A stretch of DNA of 60,528 bases, filler included, from Sphacelaria rigidula (lineage: Eukaryota): the NCBI GenBank assembly GCA_964200075.2. It is 10 parts of 10 records of this genome, joined end to end, with 100 filler letters (N's around TTAATTAATTAA, not from the genome) between each part and the next. Parts side by side here need not be neighbours in the genome. Positions count along the whole stretch, not along the records: positions 1 to 5,963 come from CAXNAA020023168.1; positions 6,064 to 12,026 come from CAXNAA020023169.1; positions 12,127 to 18,089 come from CAXNAA020023170.1; 7 more parts are not named here. One strand, written 5' to 3'. Position 1 is the first letter of the stretch; each line of letters starts with the position of its first letter. The position numbers and the translations under genes are program-made. Shown here piece by piece: positions 1 to 12,454 of this stretch. The notes under the pieces are model-generated. The model saw only the letters and a list, made by a program, of their open reading frames with translations, did no database searches and had not been told where the DNA came from.

Positions 1-587
1 ATGGCGGCAATGAATATCGATAGATACATACCAGAATCAACTGTGGTATATAGGGACTACCGACAGCTTTTCTCTATCGTCTAGTGCCAGTCCTACATCG
101 TAACATAACACGCATAGAGCATATTATACTCCGTTAAGGTACGGTAGAGAAGCTGCAGGTGGACATGCAATGGGTACATAACGATACTACTTGCGAATAT
201 ATATATATATATGGCACCACGTTTCTACAATTTGGGAACGCTTGTATTTTGTAGGAATCCGTCACATGTGTAGACAAAAGTTTACAATTTTTGTTGTTGG
301 TGTGGTGTCGGTGCTTACGATTGTCCCTCTGATGGACATGAGCGCTTACAGTATTTTTTTGTGGGTGATATGTGCTTATACCCTGGACATTAGACTATGT
401 AATAGATCACTGGCTCTGCAATAGCTCGGAAAATTTGACTGTCGGTGTTCATTGTCAATCACAATCGACTGGCATCAAAGTCTATCGGTAGCTATTGTAG
501 GCGACACTAAATTCGGGACAAGGGACATGATGTATCATTGCCGTGACAATGGAGGGGCCCAGTTGTCTATCGACATTTTTTATTGGT

Positions 588-835
588 TACAATAGGCTCT
601 GTATTGTGGCCACCAATGTTTATTGCCAATTACAATAGGACCGACCACGCGTCACCAATACATACTGTTGGTCACAAAAGGATACCAATTACGCCCACTA
701 TTGTCTATCCAGGGCCACAATAGAATCTGAATCGCGGCCACCAATGTCCACCGCTGGTCACAATGCAATTTGAATCGCGCCTACCAATATCTATTGCTGA
801 CCACAAAGGTAGCTGAATGGCGTCGATCACTAGCG
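588..835 (+). repeat. Degenerate ~43-bp tandem array (about 6 units)
   Basis: Units such as ACAATAGGCTCTGTATTGTGGCCACCAATGTTTATTGCCAATT recur at a ~43-bp period. Confidence 0.7.
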
Positions 836-1069
836 CTATGTATGCACATTTTTCGATTCATATTTCCGCCTTCTTCCACAGAAGCTATGGCCAGCTATCG
901 CCTCAGGCCGTTGTATGTTCATGTGTAAGGGGTATTGCCGTTGGTATCATGAGACCACTCAATCTATTTTTAAAAACCTATCGTCGGCGTCACTGGCTGT
1001 CGATACGTGCTCCCTAGAGCAATCGATTGTTGACGGCAATACCCATATTGTTAGATACCAAAGAATGCA

Positions 1070-1295
1070 TTGTTGGCGGCAGAGGCTACCGATAGACGGC
1101 TCACCAAATTTATTGATGGCGGTGATAGGTATTGATGGATAACCCACCTAATCTATTGATGGCGGTTATAGTTATTGATGGATAACTCACATCATCTATT
1201 AGTGACGGCAATGACCATCGATGGATGGCTCACCAAACCTATTGATTACGGCAATGGCTATCGATATATACAACCCAGAATCTATTGTGGTACAC
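1070..1295 (-). repeat. Degenerate 43-bp tandem array (about 5 units), inverted relative to 588-835
   Basis: Unit TTGATGGCGGTGATAGGTATTGATGGATAACCCACCTAATCTA is repeated; a similar unit lies at 1-50. Confidence 0.75.
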
Positions 1296-3229
1296 GATGT
1301 CCATTGATGGCGAGTGATCTTTATCTACTGTAATTGCCAAAGGCTGTCGATCGACCATTGCAACATCTATTGTCCCTTGCAATACATATCATTAGATGTG
1401 TTTCGCCACCTATCGTGTTCGATGATAGATATCCATAGATTTTTCCCTATGTCCTTTGCTAAAGCTCTGAACTATTATTGTGTTCATTGTCCAGAGTGTG
1501 GATACCACCGAAAACGTACCGCTATGTTCGCGCTTGCCGTCTCTGCCAGAGGCGGTACCACCAAGCACAGGGATAAATGTCTACCACGGTAGATGTACCG
1601 TCGTATGGCATTACGATCCCGTCTCGAGCCATCGAATGAAACTTCAAGAGGAAGACCCTGCTATCATTCTTTGCCCCCGACACTCTCCTGCCAAATTGCA
1701 AGTCTCAGCATTTACCAACTCTCCAGCACTGTTAAGCATCTACGGGGCACACACTGCTCTGGAGCCCGACCGGGGGCAATACTGTCCAACATTTCCAGGA
1801 TGTAGTACTAATTGTCACACTGCCCTAAACGCTAGAGTTGGACGATTTCGGCCGCCTCTAGATTGTCGGGAAAGTGTAGATGTGTCGTCGTAGATATCCG
1901 GTTTTGTATGATCTTGTCCCAAACGTATGAAAAAACAAATCCGATCATAATGCTCTAGTTCAATCCTTCCGTATCTTGTTTCTACTGCTTCGAAGATACT
2001 CAAGATGTTAGTTGGCTTCATGTGCACGGAGGGTTATCCTCCCCTAGCGAGGAGGAATCAGATGGGGATTTTGTCTAACCGGAATGTGAGAGGTGTTCTG
2101 CGCCTCCGTGTACGTCGAGGGCCGCCCGGGGACGTTCCTCCTGGCCATGAACCCCAACGTCGTGACGAAAGTCCACCCCTTGCAAGCATTCTGTCCTTGC
2201 ATTATAGGTGAGTATTTTATTAAACGTTTTGTCTGACGTTACCGTTATCCCGCAGTCGACGATGCGTGTGCGTTGGGACGTGTAGGGACAGTCTGAAATC
2301 TTCTTTGGTTAGTAGGGCGCACGGGGTTACTTTATCTTCATTTTCAATCCCTAGCGTGGCATGATGTGCGCAAGTATAGCAACAGTTTTGTTCGCGCATG
2401 AATGTAAATATATATATATATATATTCCGGCAGAAGTACATGCGGTTGCGTGTTTCAGTTCAATTTGTTTCCCTCGCAGAGCGTGTGGATGGAACACAGG
2501 ATCAACAGGAGGAAAGGGAGGGGATGCCTCAAAAGTGTGTGCCTAGAACCCCTCACGGCACGGAGGTGCTGTGTGACGTGCAATAGTTTAGCGGGCATGC
2601 ATAGGGGCAGCCGTCCTTGTGTAGTGGTCTTTCTTCCATGCCGTAGAGTTGTTTTTTGGTGCTCTTTGGTGCTCCTTGGTGCTCTCCATCTGGCTCTCCC
2701 GTCAAGGTTTCTCTGTCGACCCCTTCTCTACTGTCGCCCCCCCCGTGTAATTCAAGGCAATACTTTCTGCGGCAGGCGAATGTTTCCGGTGTCTCTTGGT
2801 AGGGCTCAGCATAAGCATGCGGCGGCTATTTTTTTCCCCCCATACCGTTTCCCCTTGAATTGTTTCTCCTGGAAACGTTTGGGCCATGGCTTTTTCAGCG
2901 AAGGTATCTTCTTTATTTTTATTATTTCTGTATAAATACCGAGTAGGGTTCCCCCCCCCCCCCCCCCCCCCCCCCAGGGCGCGGCAGAACAGAAAATACA
3001 AACCACACACTTAATTTTTTTCCCTAACANNNNNNNNNNTTTCTTTTTTTTTTTTTTTTTTTTTGTTTAAACACCGAGTAGGGGTCCCCCCCCCCCCCCC
3101 CCGGTGTAGTGGTGGCTGAAATATCAAATATCTCCCATCAATTTCTATTTTTCCCGCGCACAGATTCATTGTACAAAAAGTGTGAAATTATATATCCTCC
3201 GCGACTGCACGACAAAGAAACGTACGGTA

Positions 3230-3429
3230 TTGTAATGCGTGAGAGGACCGCGTGCTTATAGGGCGGTATCGAAATTTGAACTCCCTATGGTTAGGGTTGA
3301 TGTTGGGGTTAGTTTCCGGGGCGTGGTTCCTACAGGGACTGGCCCAGTTGGTTTTGAAAAACGTCGACTCTGAGGTGTTTCGAACTATAATGCGGTCCTC
3401 TAAGCACGCGGCCCTCCCACGCATTACAG
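3230..3429. mobile_element. Tc1/mariner-type MITE with TA target duplication
   Basis: Imperfect ~35-bp TIRs (TGTAATGCGTGAGAGGACCGCGTGCTTA / TAAGCACGCGGCCCTCCCACGCATTACA) flanked by TA on both sides. Confidence 0.65.
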
Positions 3430-4130
3430 TATAGCCCTTGTTGTTTGGCGCAGATTCCAGTAATGAAGTTAAAAGACCTTGTGTCTGCGGGTTTCAGAGT
3501 GTATCCTAGGCTAGCTTCTTGGCGTCACCACTTGTTACAAAATCGAAAACGGCTCGTAGATACTCCATACTATCCATCCTCTCACATTGGAGCGTATCTG
3601 TCATAATCAGCTTCAAAAACAGTAGAACTCCCGCCTTCCGAGAAATCGTAGCGCCCTCCAAAAAAACAAACGGAAAATAGACGATCAGGCTTTTAAACAT
3701 ACTGTCGCAACATGGTGCTCCTTAGGGGAGGGGCTTTATTCCTACCATTCGAACATGTCATCAATACCCCCTCGTCACTGTGCCCCCGATGCATGCAAGT
3801 GCCCTTAGATGACGGGTCGGCCGGCGACGAGACTGACGAAGAGATCGACGATGACGATAGACAGAACGCGAAGGACATTGTCGACGAAGCAAACTCCAGC
3901 GACGAAGTGAACGTAGAGAACGATTACTACGCCGGCGACCGAGGCGGCCAGAGGGGGGGTCCGGTTGGCGAAAGACTTGCACAGCTAAGTTTGCGGGGTG
4001 GACGCAAACGGCGGCCGCGCCGCCGAAAACCTTTTTTTGTTTTTTTGACGGTCCTTTTGACGTGGGAAATTATATTTTGAGGTGGAAGGTTGCAGGGAGT
4101 TGTGAAAGGAAAACAAGTAAGGGGAAGAGA

Positions 4131-4230
4131 GGGGGGGAGGGGGGATACTCATTTGTTGCTTGTCTTAGTCGTTTGACCATTGACCACGCATCCCTTTGGA
4201 GACGGAGCACCGTGGGGGGGGAGGGGAGCA
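4131..4230 (+). repeat. Dispersed repeat, G-run-TACTCATTTGTTGCTT family
   Basis: Homologous copies at 10118-10195, 11971-12026 and, reverse-complemented, 54405-54466. Confidence 0.75.
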
Positions 4231-5327
4231 AGAATGGCGTGTGCTTTTTATTTCGCTCTCGGTATGACGGAAGTCAGTGTCGGGGCTTTCAATGCCGTAC
4301 GGCCTTTGATTCGCGCGTACCGACATGAGCGCCTGGAGACTTAAACACGTTTCGGTGGTCTGCAAGTTTCGGTTTGACTTTTTCGGGAGAGGGGCACTGC
4401 ATATATTCGAATGAGTCATTTTATGACAGGCGCTGGTCTTCTGGGTGTATCCTTTGTTTGGCAACATTGCACGGCAGTAGTTGTCTTGTTTAAGTGTTCT
4501 CTTCGTCAACGAGTTGGGTTTTTTGTTTTAGGTTGCGAATGCTTCTCGTCTCTCTGCGTATACAGCAAATCGTCGGTTTTTGGTTGGATTGTCTCGCATT
4601 CCATCCTGTAGAGGCGGGCTCTCGAGCCCTCGGCTCGTGCGCAAGTATCTAGCCCGTGGATAACAATGTGATAATAGAGAGCTTCGGAAAACGTTTTTTC
4701 AAATCTTAGAGTCAGAGTGGAAAGAAGAATAGCCGGTAACTGTGCACTTTCCGCTACAGAGTAATGTTTAGAGCGATTTTTCAGTGACAGTACCGTTTGC
4801 ATTCTCCACTCTGAAAACCGTTGTGCCCCTTCATACTTTATAGCGGAACGAAGAAGAACGCCCACCTTCACCACCATAATCACAGCTAGTTCAAAATCAA
4901 TATACCTTAACAAGCAAAGTGGAACATCCATCATAACTGTAAATTGTATCATCACAAGAGACCAGTCGCGAAGTAAAAACGTTTCACATCGCAATCAGAA
5001 GACCTCCCTGACGCCGCCACGGTGGTATCAGCATTCGCTTGGTTGAGATGAGTGAAAGCCCGAATGCTCGGCGGAGTGCAGTTCCTTATTTTTACCAGCT
5101 TCAGCTGTAAGACGACGGTGTGAGCGATTTGTAGTCTACAACGCACAAGCAGTTCTACACCTGGCTACATTGCCAGTCCGGTAGAGGTCATGACTTCTTG
5201 CACCACCGTTGCGGGGTTGGGAAATCATCACGATGTGGCCTTGTCTGTTATTTGAAAGTTCTGCATACTGATGTACTGTACTACTGTATTGTACAACTGA
5301 CTGTAAGGTAGACTGGACGGTATTGCC

Positions 5328-5581
5328 TGTGACGCCAGCAGGTTGCTAGTACTGTAGCGTCTAATGCTGTGGAGGGACTCCCCAGTTCCACTGGCCTCAG
5401 GTCTTAGTTGTCAGCCTTCACAACACCTTTTGTTATTCCCGGAGTGCCTGCCAGGCGGCTCCATAAACCACATCAGGGTAACACCCCTGTGTCCATGTCA
5501 TCATCCATATCCTCACTACAGATCCCAAGCCATTATCCAATCATCACCATATGCTCAACGTGGAGGGGTGATTTCGTCACA
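5328..5581 (-). mobile_element. 3' LTR of a Ty3/gypsy chromovirus
   Basis: TGTGACG...CGTCACA termini, homology to the LTRs at 14837 and 47478, and a purine-rich TGGGGG tract just upstream on the minus strand. Confidence 0.85.
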
Positions 5582-5660
5582 GCACCCCCAAGGCGCGTTG
5601 GACGAGAATCGAGCAACAAGCGTGACACTCAGAAAAATAACGCCAAAACTATTGAGCACG

Positions 5661-5963
5661 TCACAACTGAATCCCAAACTCACGCGTAATGCGAGCAGCA
5701 ATGGAACGAGTCACTCGCACCTTACACAACTTCTTCTTGCGAAATTCCGAAGCGGCCTCAAAAATATTTTGAAAAGGCTCCCACGTACGCTCCTCGTCTT
5801 CAAAAAACCCCCAGTCGACCAATACGATCAACGAACGACCCTCTGCCTCCGTCACGTGAACAATCCCAGCCATCTAAAATTGCCCCTGGTTCAAAGCGTG
5901 CTGAAACACATCCTTCAGATCTGCCGTAACATTAAGCTGCGAGTCCGCATAAAAACGCAGACG
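5661..5963 (-). pseudogene. C-terminus of gypsy pol: integrase tail and chromodomain (truncated by contig end)
   Basis: ORF contains LVDWGFFEDEERTWEPFQNIFE, matching the chromodomain pattern LVxWxGF...TWEP..N, and lies directly upstream of the 3' LTR. Confidence 0.8.
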
Positions 5964-6063
5964 NNNNNNNNNNNNNNNNNNNNNNNNNNNNNNNNNNNNN
6001 NNNNNNNTTAATTAATTAANNNNNNNNNNNNNNNNNNNNNNNNNNNNNNNNNNNNNNNNNNNN
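5964..6063. other. Artificial contig spacer (N44-TTAATTAATTAA-N44); recurs at about 12027, 18090, 24153, 30216, 36279, 42342, 48405 and 54467
   Basis: The same six-frame-stop linker flanked by N runs occurs nine times at a ~6063 bp period, so these are length-sorted concatenated contigs. Confidence 0.98.
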
Positions 6064-6596
6064 GATCGGTGGCCCAGATAAGGTACGATTGAAAAAGAAT
6101 TCCTAGATCAGGTATACCTGGGCGAAATTTGGCCTACAAAAGGTGAGCGGTTTCTGGAGGCGAGACGTCTGTTTTTGCGTGGCCATTTTTCTCGAGTAAC
6201 ATGTTTTTTTACCCGTTTTTTTTCGAGGCCCGGGTGCCGATGGCCCCCCCGAATGATGGGCGTGAAAAACTCGGGAGCGAAAACGGTCAAAATGGCGTGC
6301 TTGGCTGTTTTCGTGTTTCTGGCCATTTTTCGTATTTTTCTCAGGCAAAAACGGGAAGGTATACCTTTACTAGCCCATCGCTAAAAAAATATCGGGGATC
6401 AATATTGAGTGACTTACGGGCTTGACCGACCTTCGGGGGTCCTGCGAAAGTGCAACCCCAGGTTCTAGCTCTGCTGTATTTTTCATGGATCAACTCGATC
6501 CCGATCATACAAGTGAAGACTCATGAGGGATGATTTATTTATTTTTTTCACCTTTTCACTGCGCTAAAGCCGGAAAACTATGGTTCTTGGACTATT

Positions 6597-7075
6597 CACG
6601 GTCGATGACACCCTCCTGGTAAACGGGGTCTTTACTCCGTATTGCCCCAACACCAACTTTGGGCACCGTGATTTGAGCACGGTCTGCTTCTTTTGTCGAA
6701 ACTATCGACGCTAGCACTTTCGAGTGCTCATGGAAAATGTTATGCGAAAAAAACACGAAAAGAGGTCATCAGCAGAAAATGCTAGACTGAGGTCTGTGCA
6801 GTACAGCAGGGAAACATGATCTCGGCCATTATTGTGGAGAATTGTATACTCATTCATTTATCAGAATACATTCATTTATCTGAATACCTACCATTTCGTT
6901 GCGGAAGAGCCGAAAAATGGTTTATGTTGGACCAAACACGGTCAATAACACCCTCCTGATAAACGGGGTATCTAGTCCGTATGGCCCCCCCCAAAAAAAC
7001 TTGGGCACTGCAGTTTGAGCGCGGCCTACGCTTTCCCCTACATCTACCGGCACTATTACATTTTCAAGTAGTGAT
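6597..7075 (+). repeat. Diverged direct repeat pair (6597-6740 and 6937-7075)
   Basis: CACGGTC(G/A)AT(G/A)ACACCCTCCTG(G/A)TAAACGGGGT...TTGGGCAC...TTTGAGC occurs twice, 340 bp apart. Confidence 0.7.
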
Positions 7076-7184
7076 GAGAAAAAATACTCGAAAAAAACTC
7101 AAGCAACTACTGTACAGGTAAAACAACTACGAATCCTGAAAACTTCTGATACTGACTACTGTAGACAAACTCAAGGCAATTTGG

Positions 7185-7619
7185 TGTGTTGTATGTTGTA
7201 TGATGTATGTTGTGTGTGTGCGTGTCTGTCTGTGTGTGTGTGTGTGTGCGTGTTCTCATCTCATCTGTTCTGGGCGCCATTCCACGTCTTTCGGTAAATG
7301 TGGGAGCACCAGCCGGTATATGTAGGCGCATCAGCCGTGGTCACACAGGAGGAGGCCAACACAGGAGTTTTTTTTTGTTTAGTGATCCATCTTGCTCCAT
7401 CTTCCATCTGCGGTGCTTGCCTTCTTTACCGCAAGAGGGATTCAGCAGTCCCTTTCCCTCGTCGACCGTGAAGTCGAAGTTTCATGTGCCCACGACATAG
7501 CCGCTCTCCACTAGTGGGCATGGTGTGATAAAAATCTGAGATCGTATGACTGCCCCGAGATTCTAACCCACGACCCAACCATCAGAGGGTTTCGAGTTTA
7601 TCAACTGAGCCACCGGGGC
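7185..7619 (-). mobile_element. tRNA-derived SINE, family 1, with (CA)n tail
   Basis: Minus strand starts GCCCCGGTGGCTCAGTTG (A box), has GGTTAGAATC (B-box-like) and ends in CA repeats. Homologues at 32926-33255 and 52583-53220. Confidence 0.75.
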
Positions 7620-10600
7620 GAGCGGTTCTGTGTACCGAGTTCATGTACGATGGCGAAGTGGGTAATGCGATATAATAGTAGCGAGCAGTTCAAGTGTGTA
7701 GAAAACCAAAGCGTCGAGCAAATAGAGAGTCTTCTTTGCAGCAAGTTTGCGTGCGACTCCCCAAGTTGGACTTCGTACACTGCCATGTGCACACAAGGCA
7801 CCCTCTGGCGTTTGCTGCACACAGGAGATCAGTGACGAGCTACGGTGATGTCGGTACGGTACTGTTCGGGACTACAGTACTTATGCTCTGCTTCTGTGTG
7901 TCACTATCCAAGTACAACGCACGCAGTCGCGAGGACCATTGAGGATTCCTGTCTCGGACCAGATGTGCCGAGACTGGGCAACACAGGAAGTCAGAAACGA
8001 GTGAGCCACGTAATAGAGCATACCGATCAAAAACATACCGAATGGCCAGGGCCCGTCGGCCTCTGCCTGCTCCTTGATGTGCTATGCCCTTCACATACCT
8101 ACAGCGGTAAGGTAAACAGCAGGGAACTCAAGACCAAAACGCGCTTCCTGTGCTACCTAAGCTGCACAGCCAAAAGAGTGGGAAATCTATGAAACACATA
8201 GCAATACCAACTGCACAGTTTTATGAACCGACAGTAACTCACCACGTCTATTGCACGTCAATCAGGTAGCTCCCGCTTTCTCCTGCGTGCCACGCACAGC
8301 TTGCAGCGGAAGGCACTGATGCTTCAAGCCGCCTTCTGGCAACAGGCCCGAGCGAGTACCGCATATCCCCTAATCATCATCTACAAAATTGTTCTGAATT
8401 TCCGGAACACACGACACCCCATCAAGCTTGAGAGTTTGTGCGGTGAGGGTCAGAATGGATGATCCAGCAGCCATATGCGGGTGAGTACTGCTGATAAAGT
8501 CGATTACTTTAGTTTGGGGCCGTTACAGCGGCAAAAAATGAAGAAAGTCGTCTTGGAACAAATTGGCGGCTGATGAAAGTTCTTGCTTAAATTAGCACAC
8601 CGACCATTAGGTCACAACATGCCCTCGACCATGCTAGACTGAAACAGGCCTACAGTTACCTTGCAGTAGACTGCTTGAGGCTCGATTAATGGTGACGCTC
8701 TAGTCTATACTCTCAGGACCTTGAAACCCTACTCCATAGTATTTTTGGTCGCTGCGGCACATCATGCGCGTATTTTTGCATCTCGTCCGCTCGTTCTCCG
8801 CAAGCGTAGGGTTTTCTACTGCTACAGGTATTATTCCGCTCGCGAGGCTATCCGCTGCCCCCCTCGTCCAACGTCATGTTCTAAAATCCTCGCGTCTGCA
8901 AGTGACATGACCTCGTATATCTCCTGCGTTTTCCCTCTGCTACTCTACTGCGCCTTCTTCGTGTTTTGTTACTCTACTGGGCCGACGGGCGCAGAGCGGC
9001 CGTAGTGATCGGGGTGCCTCTTCTCATCTGGGCTTGGAACAACCGTGTACGGTACTGGTATTACGCGGCCTATCCCATTGCCTACCCCGGAGATGCACAC
9101 ACAAATCTCCTGACGCGAAGGTGCAGTGCAATTTTGTTAGGGCTGGGTACTGCCGCAGATTCAGCTAGTACCTTGGATCCGTGGCTGAGCGTCGTAGGAG
9201 GCGTGTTTTCACGTGATTTGGCTTTACTAGAGCAAAAAAGGTGCATGTTCGGCTTCACTTGCGACGCAATCAGATGGGTTTCGTTGAATAACGAGGCGTA
9301 ACCGTGGCATATACGTAAATAGGAAATCACTTGCAGTACTGGCTGCAATTTTTCCAGTACAAAGCCCCAGATTTGTTGCTCGGCCACTGTCCAATGGTAT
9401 AACCCGCCTGATGCTTTCACGGGGGCTCACAGCAAGGATTACGTGATAATGGCGCAAATGAACCTGACCATACGGTCGTCAGTAGTATTAATAGGAGGTA
9501 CCCCAACAACAATGCCCCACTCTGACACCTTCCCCCCTTAGAAGTCGAGGCCTGCTTCGTGAACGGACCCGGCAGTCCGAAATTCCAGTCGCAGGAAGGC
9601 TGTTTCTCAAAATTAACTGACTGGCGTGCCGTAACGTCGGGAGTACGGCGAGCGACGGAGAGTGAAACACACAAAACACCCCCCGTGGGTGGCTGCATAC
9701 TTTTCTAAGGCCCGTTCTTGACCAGGAGTCATTTGGAAACGCCAAACGTTCCATCGGCTTTTCAAATGCCACCGTGCTACCGGAGAATGTGGAAAAACAA
9801 CAAGTTCATGCTGCATGCTTTGGGCCCACATCCTACGAAATATCCTCCACACGGTGTCATGACCGCAGTCTCAGCGAACAGTATCACGACCACCCCCCCA
9901 AAACAGCAAAATGCAAGGTCATATTTTCAGTGCGATGCTGTTGTGTTGTGTACAGCATCAAGGCTGTGCGTTGGCCATATTGTTTGAAACAAGCAGCAGA
10001 GAGATATAATAATGGAGGCGCCCACTGTCCAAATTTGAAAATGAGAGCGAACATAGCGACTGCAAACAAGTCGTGCAAGTCGCCGGGTGAAAAATAATAA
10101 TTCGAACGTGCACAAATGGGGGCGTACTCATCTGTTGCTTGCCTTTGTGCCTTAGCCGTTTGACAACCGATCACGCATCCCTTTCGAGACGGGGCAAAAA
10201 TGGAAAGGGGGATAGGGAAGAACCTATTTCCACCGACAAAAATGGTTCCAACAACCTCAATTTCCTCAGAAAGTTACTGTACCGTGGAATCTAGGCTTCC
10301 GAAAGGCATCGTAAATCATGTGATGGCTTCAAGCCAAAAGCCTTTACAACGACACGGCTTTCAGTAGCATGGTCATTGTTGTTGTCGTGCAAATCAACGG
10401 TTGAAATTCTCGGCTCCATGGGGGGTGGGGGGGGGTTGCACGCCGTTACCAGCGACACTCCTGCCGTCGAAGCAACACATCTGGCCCGCGTGCTTTTTGC
10501 AAGCGATCTGGCGTGTACGTGTACACAATATGCTTACTTGGTCCACATTCCATAATTGGGGCATGCTCTTGCCCGATGTTCCTAGCTTACTTCATGATAC

Positions 10601-12454
10601 CTTCCTCCTTCGTCTCCCACCGCACATCCTCCGACCTGTGGTCCATCCCGGCGCAGAGGAAAGTGGGAAAACCAGACGAGTACGTTGCGTGGAGGCTGGA
10701 CATTCTTCCATGCACAGCATTCGCATGACCGTACCGAGGCAGCATGGGCAAAGGCCGGAAAGTCGCTGAGTCTTACCGGGGAGGCTGCGGGCAGGCAAAC
10801 GTGGGACATGGCTACGGAGAAAGAGCAAGCAGAGTCGCCGCCGGGGGAGGAAGATCTGTCGTTTAATCCTGCCCTCAACCCCAACGCAGGCGATAAGATT
10901 CTCCGTGCTCAGCAGGTGAGCAATGGGTTTTATCGATGCCCGTTTGAAGCGGAACAACGTACAGGTATGACTCCAAGTGCATAAGACATCGGTGGCTAGC
11001 CACGGAAAGGAAGCGGTAAATCCCTGTTTTTTGTCAAGAGGGCTTGCACAAACCGTTTTAGTCGTCTCGTAGTGTTGACGTGCGCATGAAATCTACCCGG
11101 CATTGCGGTTCCACAATAGCGGAAGAATTTTTGGGCCTGCAAGCGTAGCCAATCATAAACGAGTAGTAAGTAGAACCCCTTACGGTGCTTGGTGTCGCGG
11201 TTTGCATCGAAATGTTGCGCATCAGTGCTGTGTGGGCTTGTTGGATCGGTACGGCAGTGTCGAGCGATTCCTGTGATATACCCTCCAAGAATTCTCACAC
11301 GCTTTCCCTCTCAACGTATACATCTTGAAACGCCAACCCTTTCCTACGGAGCAACAAGTGTCATCTTCCATTGCTGCTGCTGCTGCTGCTTTTGCTGTCC
11401 CCATGCCTTGGTGTCGGTGTCTTGCTGGACGTTGACGTTTGACGTTGTGCGAAAGCTGAGAAAGTGGACAGGACCTCGCCCGGACGACAGCAAAGCGCCC
11501 ACCAATGCCCTGGAAGCGGCGAAAAAGGGCGCTGCCTTTTACCAGGCATGGCGTTTACTGCACTGTGCTGTGCTGTGTTAGTTTCATTTATCGCAGTATA
11601 GGTAACACCGTTCATTCGGCTACTGTCTGAGAAAAGAAGAACAGAGTTGTCAGGAACCTACATGTAGTGTCATTATGTATCCGGTTTGACTGAATATGGC
11701 GCTCATCTAGTACGTCGTTGTTGACTCCCTTTATAGTGTCCAAGCAGTCAATTTCGGTGGCGTACATGGGTGCAATTCACTATATCTCCCATGCATATGC
11801 AATGTGTCCTCACGCGTGGACGTTTATCGAATGATTTGCGCCAAAGATGAAGTCCGATGCAGCGTTCAGTGTCTAATTTCTCACGCCAGGATGGACGTGA
11901 CAAAATTGGCGCTTCAACTGCTGTGCTGATTGATTTGATTGGCTGACTGATTGACTAATGGATTGCTTGCGGGGGGGGGGGCGTACTCATTTGTTGCTTG
12001 CCTTAGTCATTTGACCATTGACCACGNNNNNNNNNNNNNNNNNNNNNNNNNNNNNNNNNNNNNNNNNNNNTTAATTAATTAANNNNNNNNNNNNNNNNNN
12101 NNNNNNNNNNNNNNNNNNNNNNNNNNAGCACTGTTTTGGGCTTGAGCCTCATCTCGAAGTTAAACCTCAATTCTCACAATTTGTTGTTACTGGATCGTAC
12201 CGAGTGAGTCATGCTGCGATAGGGGGGAGGTATTTTGGGCCGTTTTCTCCAACGAAATTTGACGTGGAATCGTCGTTAATAGCAGCAACGGTTGTTGACA
12301 CGCGCTTACTTCCGATAAATAACGCTCATTCATACTATTTGACACCGCTTTTACCCAAATACAAGTGCACCGCGAGTGTGTGATGCCGTCTGGAGCATGT
12401 ATGAGCCCATTATTTCGTGGAACCAAACGTCCCCCCCCCTATCGTAGCATTACT

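Noticed and set aside
2930..3105. Duplicated ACCGAGTAGGG-poly(C) motif
   Set aside because: It flanks an N gap with long homopolymers and is probably low-quality overlapping read ends. The same applies to 57660-57766.
3712..4080. Acidic 122-aa ORF as a gene
   Set aside because: Low complexity and no family motif; it could be a transposase tail but this is unsupported.
5364..6011. 215-aa plus-strand ORF
   Set aside because: Antisense to the LTR and chromodomain and runs into Ns.
5964..6063. Regularly spaced TTAATTAATTAA motif every ~6 kb
   Set aside because: Artificial assembly linker embedded in Ns. ORFs ending in or starting from it are artefacts, and no cross-contig synteny can be inferred.
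7545..7619. tRNA gene
   Set aside because: No convincing acceptor stem or cloverleaf; it continues into a shared repeat body and tail, so it is a SINE head.
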